Below are positions 18,487 through 26,170 of a DNA stretch of 32,000 nucleotides, piece after piece. Each line of letters begins with the position of its first letter. Position 1 is the stretch's first letter. The notes beneath the pieces were generated by a model. It did not search any database. It saw nothing but the letters and a program-made list of their open reading frames with translations, and was not told the DNA's origin. Source of the stretch: Mycolicibacterium smegmatis (GTDB taxonomy: Bacteria; Actinomycetota; Actinomycetes; Mycobacteriales; Mycobacteriaceae). The DNA is taken from NCBI RefSeq assembly GCF_001457595.1, contig NZ_LN831039.1, positions 2,400,001 to 2,432,000 of the forward strand, read 5' to 3'. The translations under genes and the position numbers were made by a program.

Positions 18487-20094
18487 ATGACCGAACTCGA
18501 CCTTTTCGTCAGCCCGTTGGGCCGCGTCGAGGGCGACCTCGACGTCCGCGTCACCATCAACGACGGCGTCGTCACGTCGGCCTGGACCGAGGCGGCGATG
18601 TTCCGAGGCTTCGAGATCATCCTGCGCGGCAAGGACCCTCAGGCCGGGCTGATCGTGTGCCCGCGCATCTGCGGCATCTGCGGCGGCAGCCACCTGTACA
18701 AGTCCGCCTACGCCCTGGACACCGCCTGGCGCACCCACATGCCGCCCAACGCGACCCTGATCCGCAACATCTGCCAGGCCTGCGAGACGCTGCAGTCGAT
18801 CCCGCGGTACTTCTACGCGCTGTTCGCCATCGACCTGACCAACAAGAACTACGCCAAGTCCAAGCTCTACGACGAGGCCGTGCGCCGGTTCGCACCCTAC
18901 GTCGGCACGAGTTACCAGCCGGGCGTGGTGCTTTCGGCCAAACCGGTTGAGGTCTACGCGATCTTCGGAGGGCAGTGGCCGCATTCGAGTTTCATGGTGC
19001 CCGGCGGTGTGATGAGCGCGCCGACGCTGTCCGACGTCACACGTGCCATCGCGATCCTGGAGCATTGGAACGACAACTGGCTCGAGAAGCAGTGGCTGGG
19101 CTGCTCGGTCGACCGCTGGCTGGAGAACAAGACCTGGAACGACGTGCTGGCCTGGGTCGACGAGAACGAATCCCAGTACAACAGCGACTGCGGGTTCTTC
19201 ATCCGGTACTGCCTGGACGTCGGCCTGGACAAGTACGGCCAGGGCGTGGGCAACTACCTGGCCACCGGGACGTATTTCGAACCGTCGCTGTACGAGAACC
19301 CGACCATCGAGGGACGCAACGCCGCGCTCATCGGACGTTCGGGTGTGTTCGCCGACGGCAGGTACTTCGAGTTCGACCAGGCCAACGTCACCGAAGACGT
19401 CACGCACTCGTTCTACGAGGGCAACCGGCCGCTGCATCCGTTCGAGGGCGAGACCATCCCGATCAACCCCGAGGACGGCCGAAGGCAGGGCAAGTACAGC
19501 TGGGCCAAGTCACCGCGGTACGCCGTGCCCGGCCTGGGCAACGTACCGCTGGAGACCGGACCGCTGGCGCGCCGCATGGCGGCCTCTGCCCCCGACGCCG
19601 AAACGCACCAGGACGACGACCCGCTGTTCGCCGACATCTACAACGCGATCGGGCCGTCGGTGATGGTGCGCCAACTCGCCCGCATGCACGAGGGACCCAA
19701 GTACTACAAGTGGGTGCGGCAGTGGCTCGACGATCTGGAGCTCAAGGAGAGCTTCTACACCAAGCCCGTCGAGTACGCCGAGGGCAAGGGCTTCGGCTCC
19801 ACCGAGGCCGCGCGCGGCGCCTTGAGCGACTGGATCGTCATCGAGGATTCGAAGATCAAGAACTATCAGGTCGTCACGCCGACCGCGTGGAACATCGGCC
19901 CGCGTGACGCCTCGGAGGTCCTCGGCCCGATCGAACAGGCCCTCGTCGGCTCGCCGATCGTCGATGCCGAGGACCCCGTGGAGCTCGGGCACGTGGCACG
20001 CAGTTTCGACTCGTGCCTGGTGTGTACCGTGCACGCCTACGACGGCAAGACCGGCAAGGAACTGAACCGGTTCGTGATCAACGGGATGGTGTGA
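18487..20094 (+). CDS. hucL: [NiFe] hydrogenase large subunit, group 2a (HucL)
   Basis: 535 aa. L1 motif 'CPRICGICGGSH' (from ~18658) and L2 motif 'DSCLVCTVH' (20008-20034) followed by a 19-aa C-terminal propeptide. Confidence 0.97.
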   Translation: MTELDLFVSPLGRVEGDLDVRVTINDGVVTSAWTEAAMFRGFEIILRGKDPQAGLIVCPRICGICGGSHLYKSAYALDTAWRTHMPPNATLIRNICQACETLQSIPRYFYALFAIDLTNKNYAKSKLYDEAVRRFAPYVGTSYQPGVVLSAKPVEVYAIFGGQWPHSSFMVPGGVMSAPTLSDVTRAIAILEHWNDNWLEKQWLGCSVDRWLENKTWNDVLAWVDENESQYNSDCGFFIRYCLDVGLDKYGQGVGNYLATGTYFEPSLYENPTIEGRNAALIGRSGVFADGRYFEFDQANVTEDVTHSFYEGNRPLHPFEGETIPINPEDGRRQGKYSWAKSPRYAVPGLGNVPLETGPLARRMAASAPDAETHQDDDPLFADIYNAIGPSVMVRQLARMHEGPKYYKWVRQWLDDLELKESFYTKPVEYAEGKGFGSTEAARGALSDWIVIEDSKIKNYQVVTPTAWNIGPRDASEVLGPIEQALVGSPIVDAEDPVELGHVARSFDSCLVCTVHAYDGKTGKELNRFVINGMV

Positions 20095-20134
20095 ACTGAC
20101 CTCTGCGCTCGAACCCCAGGTATGCGACGTACTC

Positions 20135-20932
20135 GTGGTCGGGTGCGGCAACCTCCTGCGGGGTGACGACGGGGTCGGTCCGGTGCTCGTCCGCCACCTG
20201 TGGGAGCGCGGCGTGCCGGCCGGCGCCCGCCTGGTCGACGGCGGGACGGCCGGCATGGACGTCGCGTTCCAGATGCGCGGGGCCGAGCGGGTGGTGATCA
20301 TCGACGCCGCCGCTACGGGGTCGGCACCGGGCACCGTGTTCCGGGTCCCCGGTGAGGAACTCGCCGAACTGCCGCCTCTGCAGGGGCTGCACACGCACTC
20401 GTTCCGTTGGGACCACGCGATCGCGTTCGCGCGGTGGGCGCTGGCGGACGACTGTCCCACCGACATCACGGTGTTCCTGATCGAGGCCGAGAACGTCGAC
20501 TTCGGCGCCGAGTTGTCCGAGCGGGTGAGCGCGGCGATGGAAGAGGTGATCGCGCTGATCGAGCGGGACTACCTGGGGCCGCTGCGGCCGCAGGCCGCCG
20601 ACGAGGTCGAGGTCGAGATCACCGAGGACGGCTACCTGCGCCTGACTGCCGACGTCGCCGCGGCCCGGTTCCCGTCCGACGCCGTGGCCGCGATGGTGCG
20701 TGACGACGATCTGTGGGTCATCCCGCTGCGGGGTCCGCGCAGCGGCGGTCTGCTGCTCAAACAGCGCAATCCCGCCGGGGACCGGTCGGTGCTGATCGCC
20801 GAGGTGCTCAGGGACCAAACCAGGGTTGAAGTTAGGGAGACCTTACTTTCTGGCCCCCATCGGGCATTCTGGGACGATGAGAAGTCAGCATTACGCATCC
20901 CCATCCCCGCTGATCTGCGGGAGGCGCGGTGA
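20135..20932 (+). CDS. HyaD/HybD-type hydrogenase maturation protease with ~95-aa C-terminal extension; true start may be upstream (CTG 20096)
   Basis: 'VGCGNLLRGDDGVGPVLVRHLWERGVP..ARLVDGGTAGMDVAFQMRGAERVVIIDAA' is the M52 endopeptidase signature. Located immediately after hucL. Confidence 0.88.
   Translation: MVGCGNLLRGDDGVGPVLVRHLWERGVPAGARLVDGGTAGMDVAFQMRGAERVVIIDAAATGSAPGTVFRVPGEELAELPPLQGLHTHSFRWDHAIAFARWALADDCPTDITVFLIEAENVDFGAELSERVSAAMEEVIALIERDYLGPLRPQAADEVEVEITEDGYLRLTADVAAARFPSDAVAAMVRDDDLWVIPLRGPRSGGLLLKQRNPAGDRSVLIAEVLRDQTRVEVRETLLSGPHRAFWDDEKSALRIPIPADLREAR
20827..20848 (+). promoter_or_regulatory. Candidate palindromic iron-box-like motif inside the protease gene
   Basis: AAGTTAGG-GAGA-CCTTACTT (20829-20848) is an inverted repeat with one arm mismatch. 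The register TGAAGTTAGGGAGACCTTA matches the recalled IdeR consensus TTAGGTTAGGCTAACCTAA at 13/19. Confidence 0.25.
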
Positions 20933-21201
20933 TCGCCGTGTGTGAGTGCCAGCGGCCGTTCCCGCACGGGCTGCCCCGCACCGAGGTACGCGCCGAGGGT
21001 TCCGCCGATGTCGCGCACACCGTCGAGACCGTCGTCGTCGCTGAACGTGGCCACTTCGCGGTGGACATCGTCGTGGTCTTCGCCGACGGCGTCGTACGCA
21101 AGCGCATCGACACCTACCGCACTCGCGGACGTGCCGAACTGGCCGCCAGTCTGATCAAACGGGCCGCCGAACGGGACCCGAGGGGGCCGTTCATCCAGTG
21201 A
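20929..21201 (+). CDS. Conserved hypothetical protein of Huc cluster, 90 aa
   Basis: GTG start overlaps the protease stop by 4 nt. MIAVCECQRPFPHGLPRTEVRAEGSADVAHTVETVVVAERGHFAVDIVVVFADGVVRKRIDTYRTRGRAELAASLIKRAAERDPRGPFIQ. Same direction and tight spacing. Confidence 0.75.
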   Translation: MIAVCECQRPFPHGLPRTEVRAEGSADVAHTVETVVVAERGHFAVDIVVVFADGVVRKRIDTYRTRGRAELAASLIKRAAERDPRGPFIQ

Positions 21202-21217
21202 CAACCATGGGAGGGCC

Positions 21218-22468
21218 GTGACCGAGACCGCAGTACTGACCGACTGCACCGACGTGTGCGTGCGCCCGCAACCGCTTGGTGCCTTCGGCCTTCCCCTGGG
21301 TTACCTGCTCGTGCCGGCCGGTTCCGACACCGACGCCGCACGTGCCGCGCTGGTCGGTGGGACACTGCCGCAGGCGTGGCCCGAGCGTCTGGCCGCGCAC
21401 CGGCACGCGCTCGCCGGTGACCGTGACGCGGCGCTGGCGGCGTTGGCGGGCGACGATCCCGTCACGCGCTACAACAGGTTCGTCCTCGATCCCGACGCGG
21501 CCGATCCCGACACGCTGCGCGCCGACCTGGGCGTGTTCGGTGTCCTCGTCGACGTCGTGCTGTTCGCGCTCGGCCGCAGCGACGCCGTGCCGAGCGCCGA
21601 AGGACTCGACGGCGAACTGGTCGCCGTGGTGCTCTCGGCGCAGGCGTCCGCGGCGCTCGACGCGGGCGACCCCGACCGCGCGGTCGCGCTTCTCGATCGG
21701 GCCGCCGACCAGGCGACACCGGTGAGCAGGCCGCTGGCCGGTGTGCTGCTGGGTGCGGCCGCCGGCATGCTCCGGGATACAGACGCGCCCGCGGCGCTGA
21801 CCCGCCTCGAGCGCGCCATCAAGCTGCTGGACAGTGCCGACGCGCTGCACGTGAGCCGTGCCGAACTGCACCTGACCGCGGCCGGGCTCCTGCACGAACA
21901 GTCCGCCGGGCGTCCCGAACTGCTGCCGGGCTGCGTCCCGCATTATCACGCTGTGCTGCAACTCATCCGGCGTGAGGACGCACCCCTGATGTGGGCGTCG
22001 GCGCACGCCGACCTGGCCACCGCCTACCTGACCATGCCGATGGTCGAGGCGTCCGGTCAGCTGCGCCTCGGCATCGCCGCACAGTCCCTGCGGCAGGCGC
22101 TGACGGTGTTCACCCGCGAGGCGCATCCCGCGCGGTGGGCCAGCGCGCAGCTGAACCTGGCCAACTCCCTGGTGTACAGCCCGACGAAACACCGCACCGA
22201 GAATCTCGTCGAGGCCGTCGAGATCTACGAGGCCGTGCTGGCCACCCGCGACCGCGACACCGACCCGCAGGGCCGAGCACGGGTGCTGACCAACCAGGGC
22301 AATACGCTCGCGCATCTCGGGATGTTCGACGTCGCCAAGGCCAAGCTGTACGAGGCCCGTTTCCTCTTCGAGGAACTCGGCGACACCGAATCCGTGCAGG
22401 CGGTGCGCGGCATCCTCGACGAGATCGCCAAACAGACCACGCTCAGTCGCGACGAGGAAGCGAAATGA
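21218..22468 (+). CDS. TPR-repeat protein of Huc cluster
   Basis: 416 aa. Helical repeat segments such as 'DAGDPDRAVALLDRAAD', 'PALTRLERAIKLLDS', 'RWASAQLNLANSLVYS...NLVEAVEIYEAVLATRD', 'ARVLTNQGNTLAHLGMFDVAKAKLYEARFLFEELGD'. Confidence 0.85.
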   Translation: MTETAVLTDCTDVCVRPQPLGAFGLPLGYLLVPAGSDTDAARAALVGGTLPQAWPERLAAHRHALAGDRDAALAALAGDDPVTRYNRFVLDPDAADPDTLRADLGVFGVLVDVVLFALGRSDAVPSAEGLDGELVAVVLSAQASAALDAGDPDRAVALLDRAADQATPVSRPLAGVLLGAAAGMLRDTDAPAALTRLERAIKLLDSADALHVSRAELHLTAAGLLHEQSAGRPELLPGCVPHYHAVLQLIRREDAPLMWASAHADLATAYLTMPMVEASGQLRLGIAAQSLRQALTVFTREAHPARWASAQLNLANSLVYSPTKHRTENLVEAVEIYEAVLATRDRDTDPQGRARVLTNQGNTLAHLGMFDVAKAKLYEARFLFEELGDTESVQAVRGILDEIAKQTTLSRDEEAK

Positions 22469-23352
22469 CCGCGGCGGTCGAGGCGCCAGAACTCGAGAAG
22501 CTGGCCCAGCGCGTGGACAACGCGGTCCGCGCGCTGGTCGACCTGGATCCCGAGGCACGCAAGGTCGCCGAGGAACTGAAGGCCGCGCTCGAGGAGATCC
22601 ACCGCGTCGGCCTGGTGACCATCGTCAAGCGAATGCGTTCCGGCGAGGCGACCCGGGAGGCGTTGTTCGAGCTCGTCGACGACCCCGTGGTGCGCATGCT
22701 GTTCACCTTGCACGGCATCATCCGCCCGGACACGACGACCCTGGCCGAACAGGCCCTCGCGCAGGTGCGACCGCAACTGCGCAGTCACGGAGGCGACGTG
22801 ACCCTGGTGCGCATCGAATCGGGGACCGCGTTCGTGCGGCTCGAAGGCGCCTGCAACGGCTGCTCGATGTCCGCGGTGACGCTGCGCCAGCTGGTGGAAA
22901 CCGCACTGCTGGAAGGTGTTCAGGGCGTGTCGAAGGTCGAGGTGCTGCCCAACGAGCCCACACCCACGGTGATCTCGATCGACGCCGTGCTGGCCGGGAG
23001 CACCGTGCGGCGCCGTGCCGAGGAGGGCTGGGTGCGCGCGGGTTCGGTCGACGCGGCTGTGGTCGACGACGTGACACCCGTGACGGTCACGGCGCCCGAC
23101 GGCAGTGAGGTTCGGCTTCTGCTGGTGAACCTGGGGCAGCGGATGTCGGCCTACCGCAACGAATGTGCGCACGAGGCACTTCCGCTCGACGGCGCGGTGC
23201 TCGACGTCGGCAACGGTACGCTGACGTGCCCGTGGCACGGATTCTGTTACGACGCGACATCGGGGGAGTGCATGTCGGCTCCCGGGGTCCAGCTCGAACC
23301 GCTGCCGCTGCGGATCGACGACGGCGACATCTGGGTGCGGGTCACCGGATGA
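22465..23352 (+). CDS. NifU C-terminal-like domain fused to Rieske [2Fe-2S] domain
   Basis: 295 aa from ATG 22465 (ATGA overlap with previous stop). NifU motif 'QVRPQLRSHGGDVTLVRIESGTAFVRLEGACNGCSMSAVTLRQLVETALLE' and Rieske motifs 'NECAHEALPLDG...LTCPWHGFCYDATSGECM'. Confidence 0.9.
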   Translation: MTAAVEAPELEKLAQRVDNAVRALVDLDPEARKVAEELKAALEEIHRVGLVTIVKRMRSGEATREALFELVDDPVVRMLFTLHGIIRPDTTTLAEQALAQVRPQLRSHGGDVTLVRIESGTAFVRLEGACNGCSMSAVTLRQLVETALLEGVQGVSKVEVLPNEPTPTVISIDAVLAGSTVRRRAEEGWVRAGSVDAAVVDDVTPVTVTAPDGSEVRLLLVNLGQRMSAYRNECAHEALPLDGAVLDVGNGTLTCPWHGFCYDATSGECMSAPGVQLEPLPLRIDDGDIWVRVTG

Positions 23353-24539
23353 GTCGCTACTCTGTGCGCCCGGTCGCCGACGGACGTCCCGCCGGACGGA
23401 CCGCCGCTGTCCTGGAGGACGAACTCACCGGCGGCCGACGTCCGCTCGTGTGGCTCGGGGCGCCCGCTCCGGGTGGACTCGCGCTGCCGCCGGCCAGTCC
23501 CACCATGGCGTGGATGTACTCGCCGCGTGGGGTTTTCGTCGACGACGAGCACGTCGTCGTCGCCGACTCGGGCAATCACCGGGTGCTGATCTGGCACGGT
23601 GTCCCCGACCGCGACCACGCTCCCGCCGACGTGGTGCTCGGCCAGCCCGACGGAACCACCGAGGGACGTGCCGCTGGCGGCCGCGGCCCGGCCCGCGGGA
23701 TGAACCTGCCCACCGGGGTGGCGGTGATCGACGGACGACTGCTGGTTGCCGATGCCTGGCACCACCGCATCCTGATCTGGGATGAGGTGCCCACGCGTGA
23801 CGACGTCGCGCCCGATGTGGTGCTGGGGCAACCGGATCCCGAATCGGTGGAACCCAACGCGGGTGTGGAGTGTTCGGCGTCGAGTTTCTACTGGCCGTTC
23901 GGATTCGCCCTGCTGGGCGGGCGGTTCTGGGTGGCCGACACCGGCAACCGCCGGGTTCTGGCGTGGAACAACGGAATTCCCGACCCGGGACAGCCCGCCG
24001 ATGTCGTGCTCGGCCAACCCGATGCGTCGGCGCGCGAGGAGAACCGCGGCGAACCGGTCGGCCCCTCCGGTTTTCGCTGGCCACACGCCATCACGGGCAC
24101 CGGGGATCTGTTGCTGGTGGCCGACGCCGGTGACCATCGGATCCTCGGCTGGTCACCGCATCCGGGTGCCGATGTGCTGGCGAATGTGGTGTACGGGCAA
24201 CCCGATTTCTGTTCGGCGACCGAATGGCCGTACGGTCCCCAGACCGGGGACCGGTTCCGGTTCCCGTATGGCGCCGTGGTCGACGACGGCCGCCTGGCGG
24301 TGGCCGACACCGCCAACAACCGGATCCTGCTGTGGGACTCTCTGCCTGACGATCCAGTCGGTGGACGCCCGGCCGATCACGTGCTGGCGCAACCGGATTT
24401 CGCGTCCAACGGGGAGAACCGTTGGGACCTGGTGGGCCGGGACACCCTCTGCTGGCCCTACGGCCTGCATCTGCACCGCGATCTCTTGGCAGTCGCGGAC
24501 TCCGGCAACAACCGAGTCATGTTGTGGGGGCGGCGATGA
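23349..24539 (+). CDS. NHL-repeat beta-propeller protein of Huc cluster
   Basis: 396 aa from ATG 23349 (ATGA overlap). Repeating units 'GVFVDDEHVVVADSGNHRVLIWHGVPD...ADVVLGQPD', 'VIDGRLLVADAWHHRILIWDEVPT...DVVLGQPD', 'FWVADTGNRRVLAWN...ADVVLGQPD', etc. Confidence 0.9.
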   Translation: MSRYSVRPVADGRPAGRTAAVLEDELTGGRRPLVWLGAPAPGGLALPPASPTMAWMYSPRGVFVDDEHVVVADSGNHRVLIWHGVPDRDHAPADVVLGQPDGTTEGRAAGGRGPARGMNLPTGVAVIDGRLLVADAWHHRILIWDEVPTRDDVAPDVVLGQPDPESVEPNAGVECSASSFYWPFGFALLGGRFWVADTGNRRVLAWNNGIPDPGQPADVVLGQPDASAREENRGEPVGPSGFRWPHAITGTGDLLLVADAGDHRILGWSPHPGADVLANVVYGQPDFCSATEWPYGPQTGDRFRFPYGAVVDDGRLAVADTANNRILLWDSLPDDPVGGRPADHVLAQPDFASNGENRWDLVGRDTLCWPYGLHLHRDLLAVADSGNNRVMLWGRR

Positions 24540-25372
24540 GACCGCGCATCGTGCAGACCGACGAGCAGGTCGGCTTTCACTGGGCAACCCCGCACGGTCG
24601 TCCCACCACGTTGCGGCATCTGGTCGCCGCGGACGACGAACCGGCCCGGTTGGCCGCGACCCACCTGTCGGCGCTCGATGACACCCTGATCGACACAGCG
24701 GGACGGTTCGGGCAGGTGCTCGGTGGCGGGCGCCGCCCATCGGCGGACGAGTGGGAAACCCTCGCAGAGTTGTACCGCTGCCTGGACCGGTCGTGTCTCG
24801 AGTACGCCGAGGCCATCGCCGAGATCAACGTCGCACCGGATGTACGGGCGGGCAAGATCATCGGGACCGCGGTGCTGGTCTCGATCCTGGCCCGGCAGGC
24901 CCTCGGACTGCTGGGACCGGTCCCCCTGGACGGTGAACTCGACGAACCCACGCTGGGCGTGGTCGGGGGTTACGGCGAACTGGTTCAGGCCGATCCGGAC
25001 AAGCCGTGGAAGGGCGGCAGGTGGGTGGTGCGCACCGAGACCGGATCGAGGCTGCCGCTGACCCTGTCGATGCTGTTGTTCGACAGTTCCGGTGTGAACA
25101 AGGACGCCGCGCGTCGCGAGCACCGGGACCTCATCCGCGCCGTGATCGCGGCCGCGTCTGCGCCGCAGGCGGATCCGCTCGATGTCGCGAGCGCACTGGA
25201 CTGGCTGCTGTACGACTGGCTCATGGCGCACCGCACCGACCCCGACAGTGCCGAGATCGGGATGGTCGGTGACACCGCAACCCAGAATGACTGTGCGGCC
25301 GTGATCGTGGCTGCCGCGGCCGCGTCCGTGCGGGCGCGCGCCTGCGTCGATCCCGGACTGGCGCTCACATGA
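24536..25372 (+). CDS. Conserved hypothetical protein of Huc cluster, 278 aa
   Basis: ATG 24536 overlaps the preceding TGA (ATGA). MRPRIVQTDEQVGFHWATPHGRPTTLRHLVAADDEPARLAATHLSALDDTLID... No family recognised with confidence. Confidence 0.8.
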   Translation: MRPRIVQTDEQVGFHWATPHGRPTTLRHLVAADDEPARLAATHLSALDDTLIDTAGRFGQVLGGGRRPSADEWETLAELYRCLDRSCLEYAEAIAEINVAPDVRAGKIIGTAVLVSILARQALGLLGPVPLDGELDEPTLGVVGGYGELVQADPDKPWKGGRWVVRTETGSRLPLTLSMLLFDSSGVNKDAARREHRDLIRAVIAAASAPQADPLDVASALDWLLYDWLMAHRTDPDSAEIGMVGDTATQNDCAAVIVAAAAASVRARACVDPGLALT

Positions 25373-25378
25373 TCCGCG

Positions 25379-26158
25379 CTAACGCCCCGCCGTGAGGAAC
25401 CGGCGCAACCAGTCGTACCAGGCCTCCATGCCCTCGCCCGTGCGCGCGCTGACCGGAAGGATCTCGGTGGTCGGATTGACCTCCCGCACACGGGAAGTGT
25501 AGGTCCGCACGTCGGCGTCGAGATGTGCGACCAGATCGATCTTGTTCAGCAGCACGACGTCCACGGCGCGGAACATCACCGGGTACTTCAGCGGCTTGTC
25601 CTCGCCTTCGGTGACCGAGTACACCATGACCTTGGCGTGCTCGCCGACGTCGAACTCCGCGGGGCACACCAGGTTTCCGACATTCTCGATGATCACCAGA
25701 TCGAGTCTGGTCAGGTCGAGGCCCTGCAGGGCACGGTTGACCATGGGTGCGTCGAGATGGCATTCACCGCCGAAACCGTTGGCGGTGTTGAGCAGCGAGA
25801 TCTGAGCTCCGCGGCCGCCGAGTTTCGCGGCGTCCAGGTCGGTTTCGATGTCACCCTCGACGATGCCGACGGAGACGTCGGCGCCGAGATCGTCGAGGGT
25901 GCGGGCCAGCAGCGTGGTTTTCCCGGAGCCCGGTGAACTCATCAGATTGAGTGCCCGCACACCGTGTTCGGCGAACAGGCCACGGTTGATGTCGGCACGG
26001 ATGTCGTTCTCGGCGAAGATCGATTCGAGCACCTCGATGCGCTCGGTGCCGGTCTGATAGCCGCTGTGATCCCCGTGAGCATGATCATGAACGTGACCAT
26101 CTTGATCATGATCGTGTGTGTGCACGGTGCCGTCGTCGTGGCGGTGAAATCTACCCAC
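25379..26158 (-). CDS. hypB: Hydrogenase/urease nickel incorporation GTPase HypB
   Basis: 259 aa. His-rich N-terminus 'HRHDDGTVHTHDHDQDGHVHDHAHGDHSGY', P-loop 'MSSPGSGKTTLL', 'GDIETDLDA', 'NVGNLVCPAEFDVGEHAKVMVYSVTEGEDKPLKYP'. Confidence 0.97.
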   Translation of the reverse strand: MGRFHRHDDGTVHTHDHDQDGHVHDHAHGDHSGYQTGTERIEVLESIFAENDIRADINRGLFAEHGVRALNLMSSPGSGKTTLLARTLDDLGADVSVGIVEGDIETDLDAAKLGGRGAQISLLNTANGFGGECHLDAPMVNRALQGLDLTRLDLVIIENVGNLVCPAEFDVGEHAKVMVYSVTEGEDKPLKYPVMFRAVDVVLLNKIDLVAHLDADVRTYTSRVREVNPTTEILPVSARTGEGMEAWYDWLRRFLTAGR

Positions 26159-26170
26159 AGTTGCCCCTTT

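Noticed and set aside
18334-20818. Long minus-strand ORFs (367, 319 and 246 aa) opposite hucL and the protease
   Set aside because: They overlap highly conserved coding genes and show no plausible protein signature.
22225-25231. Series of minus-strand ORFs (337, 296, 257 aa) opposite NifU-Rieske, NHL and the 278-aa gene
   Set aside because: High-GC antisense open frames with composition-driven sequence. Forward genes are linked by ATGA overlaps.
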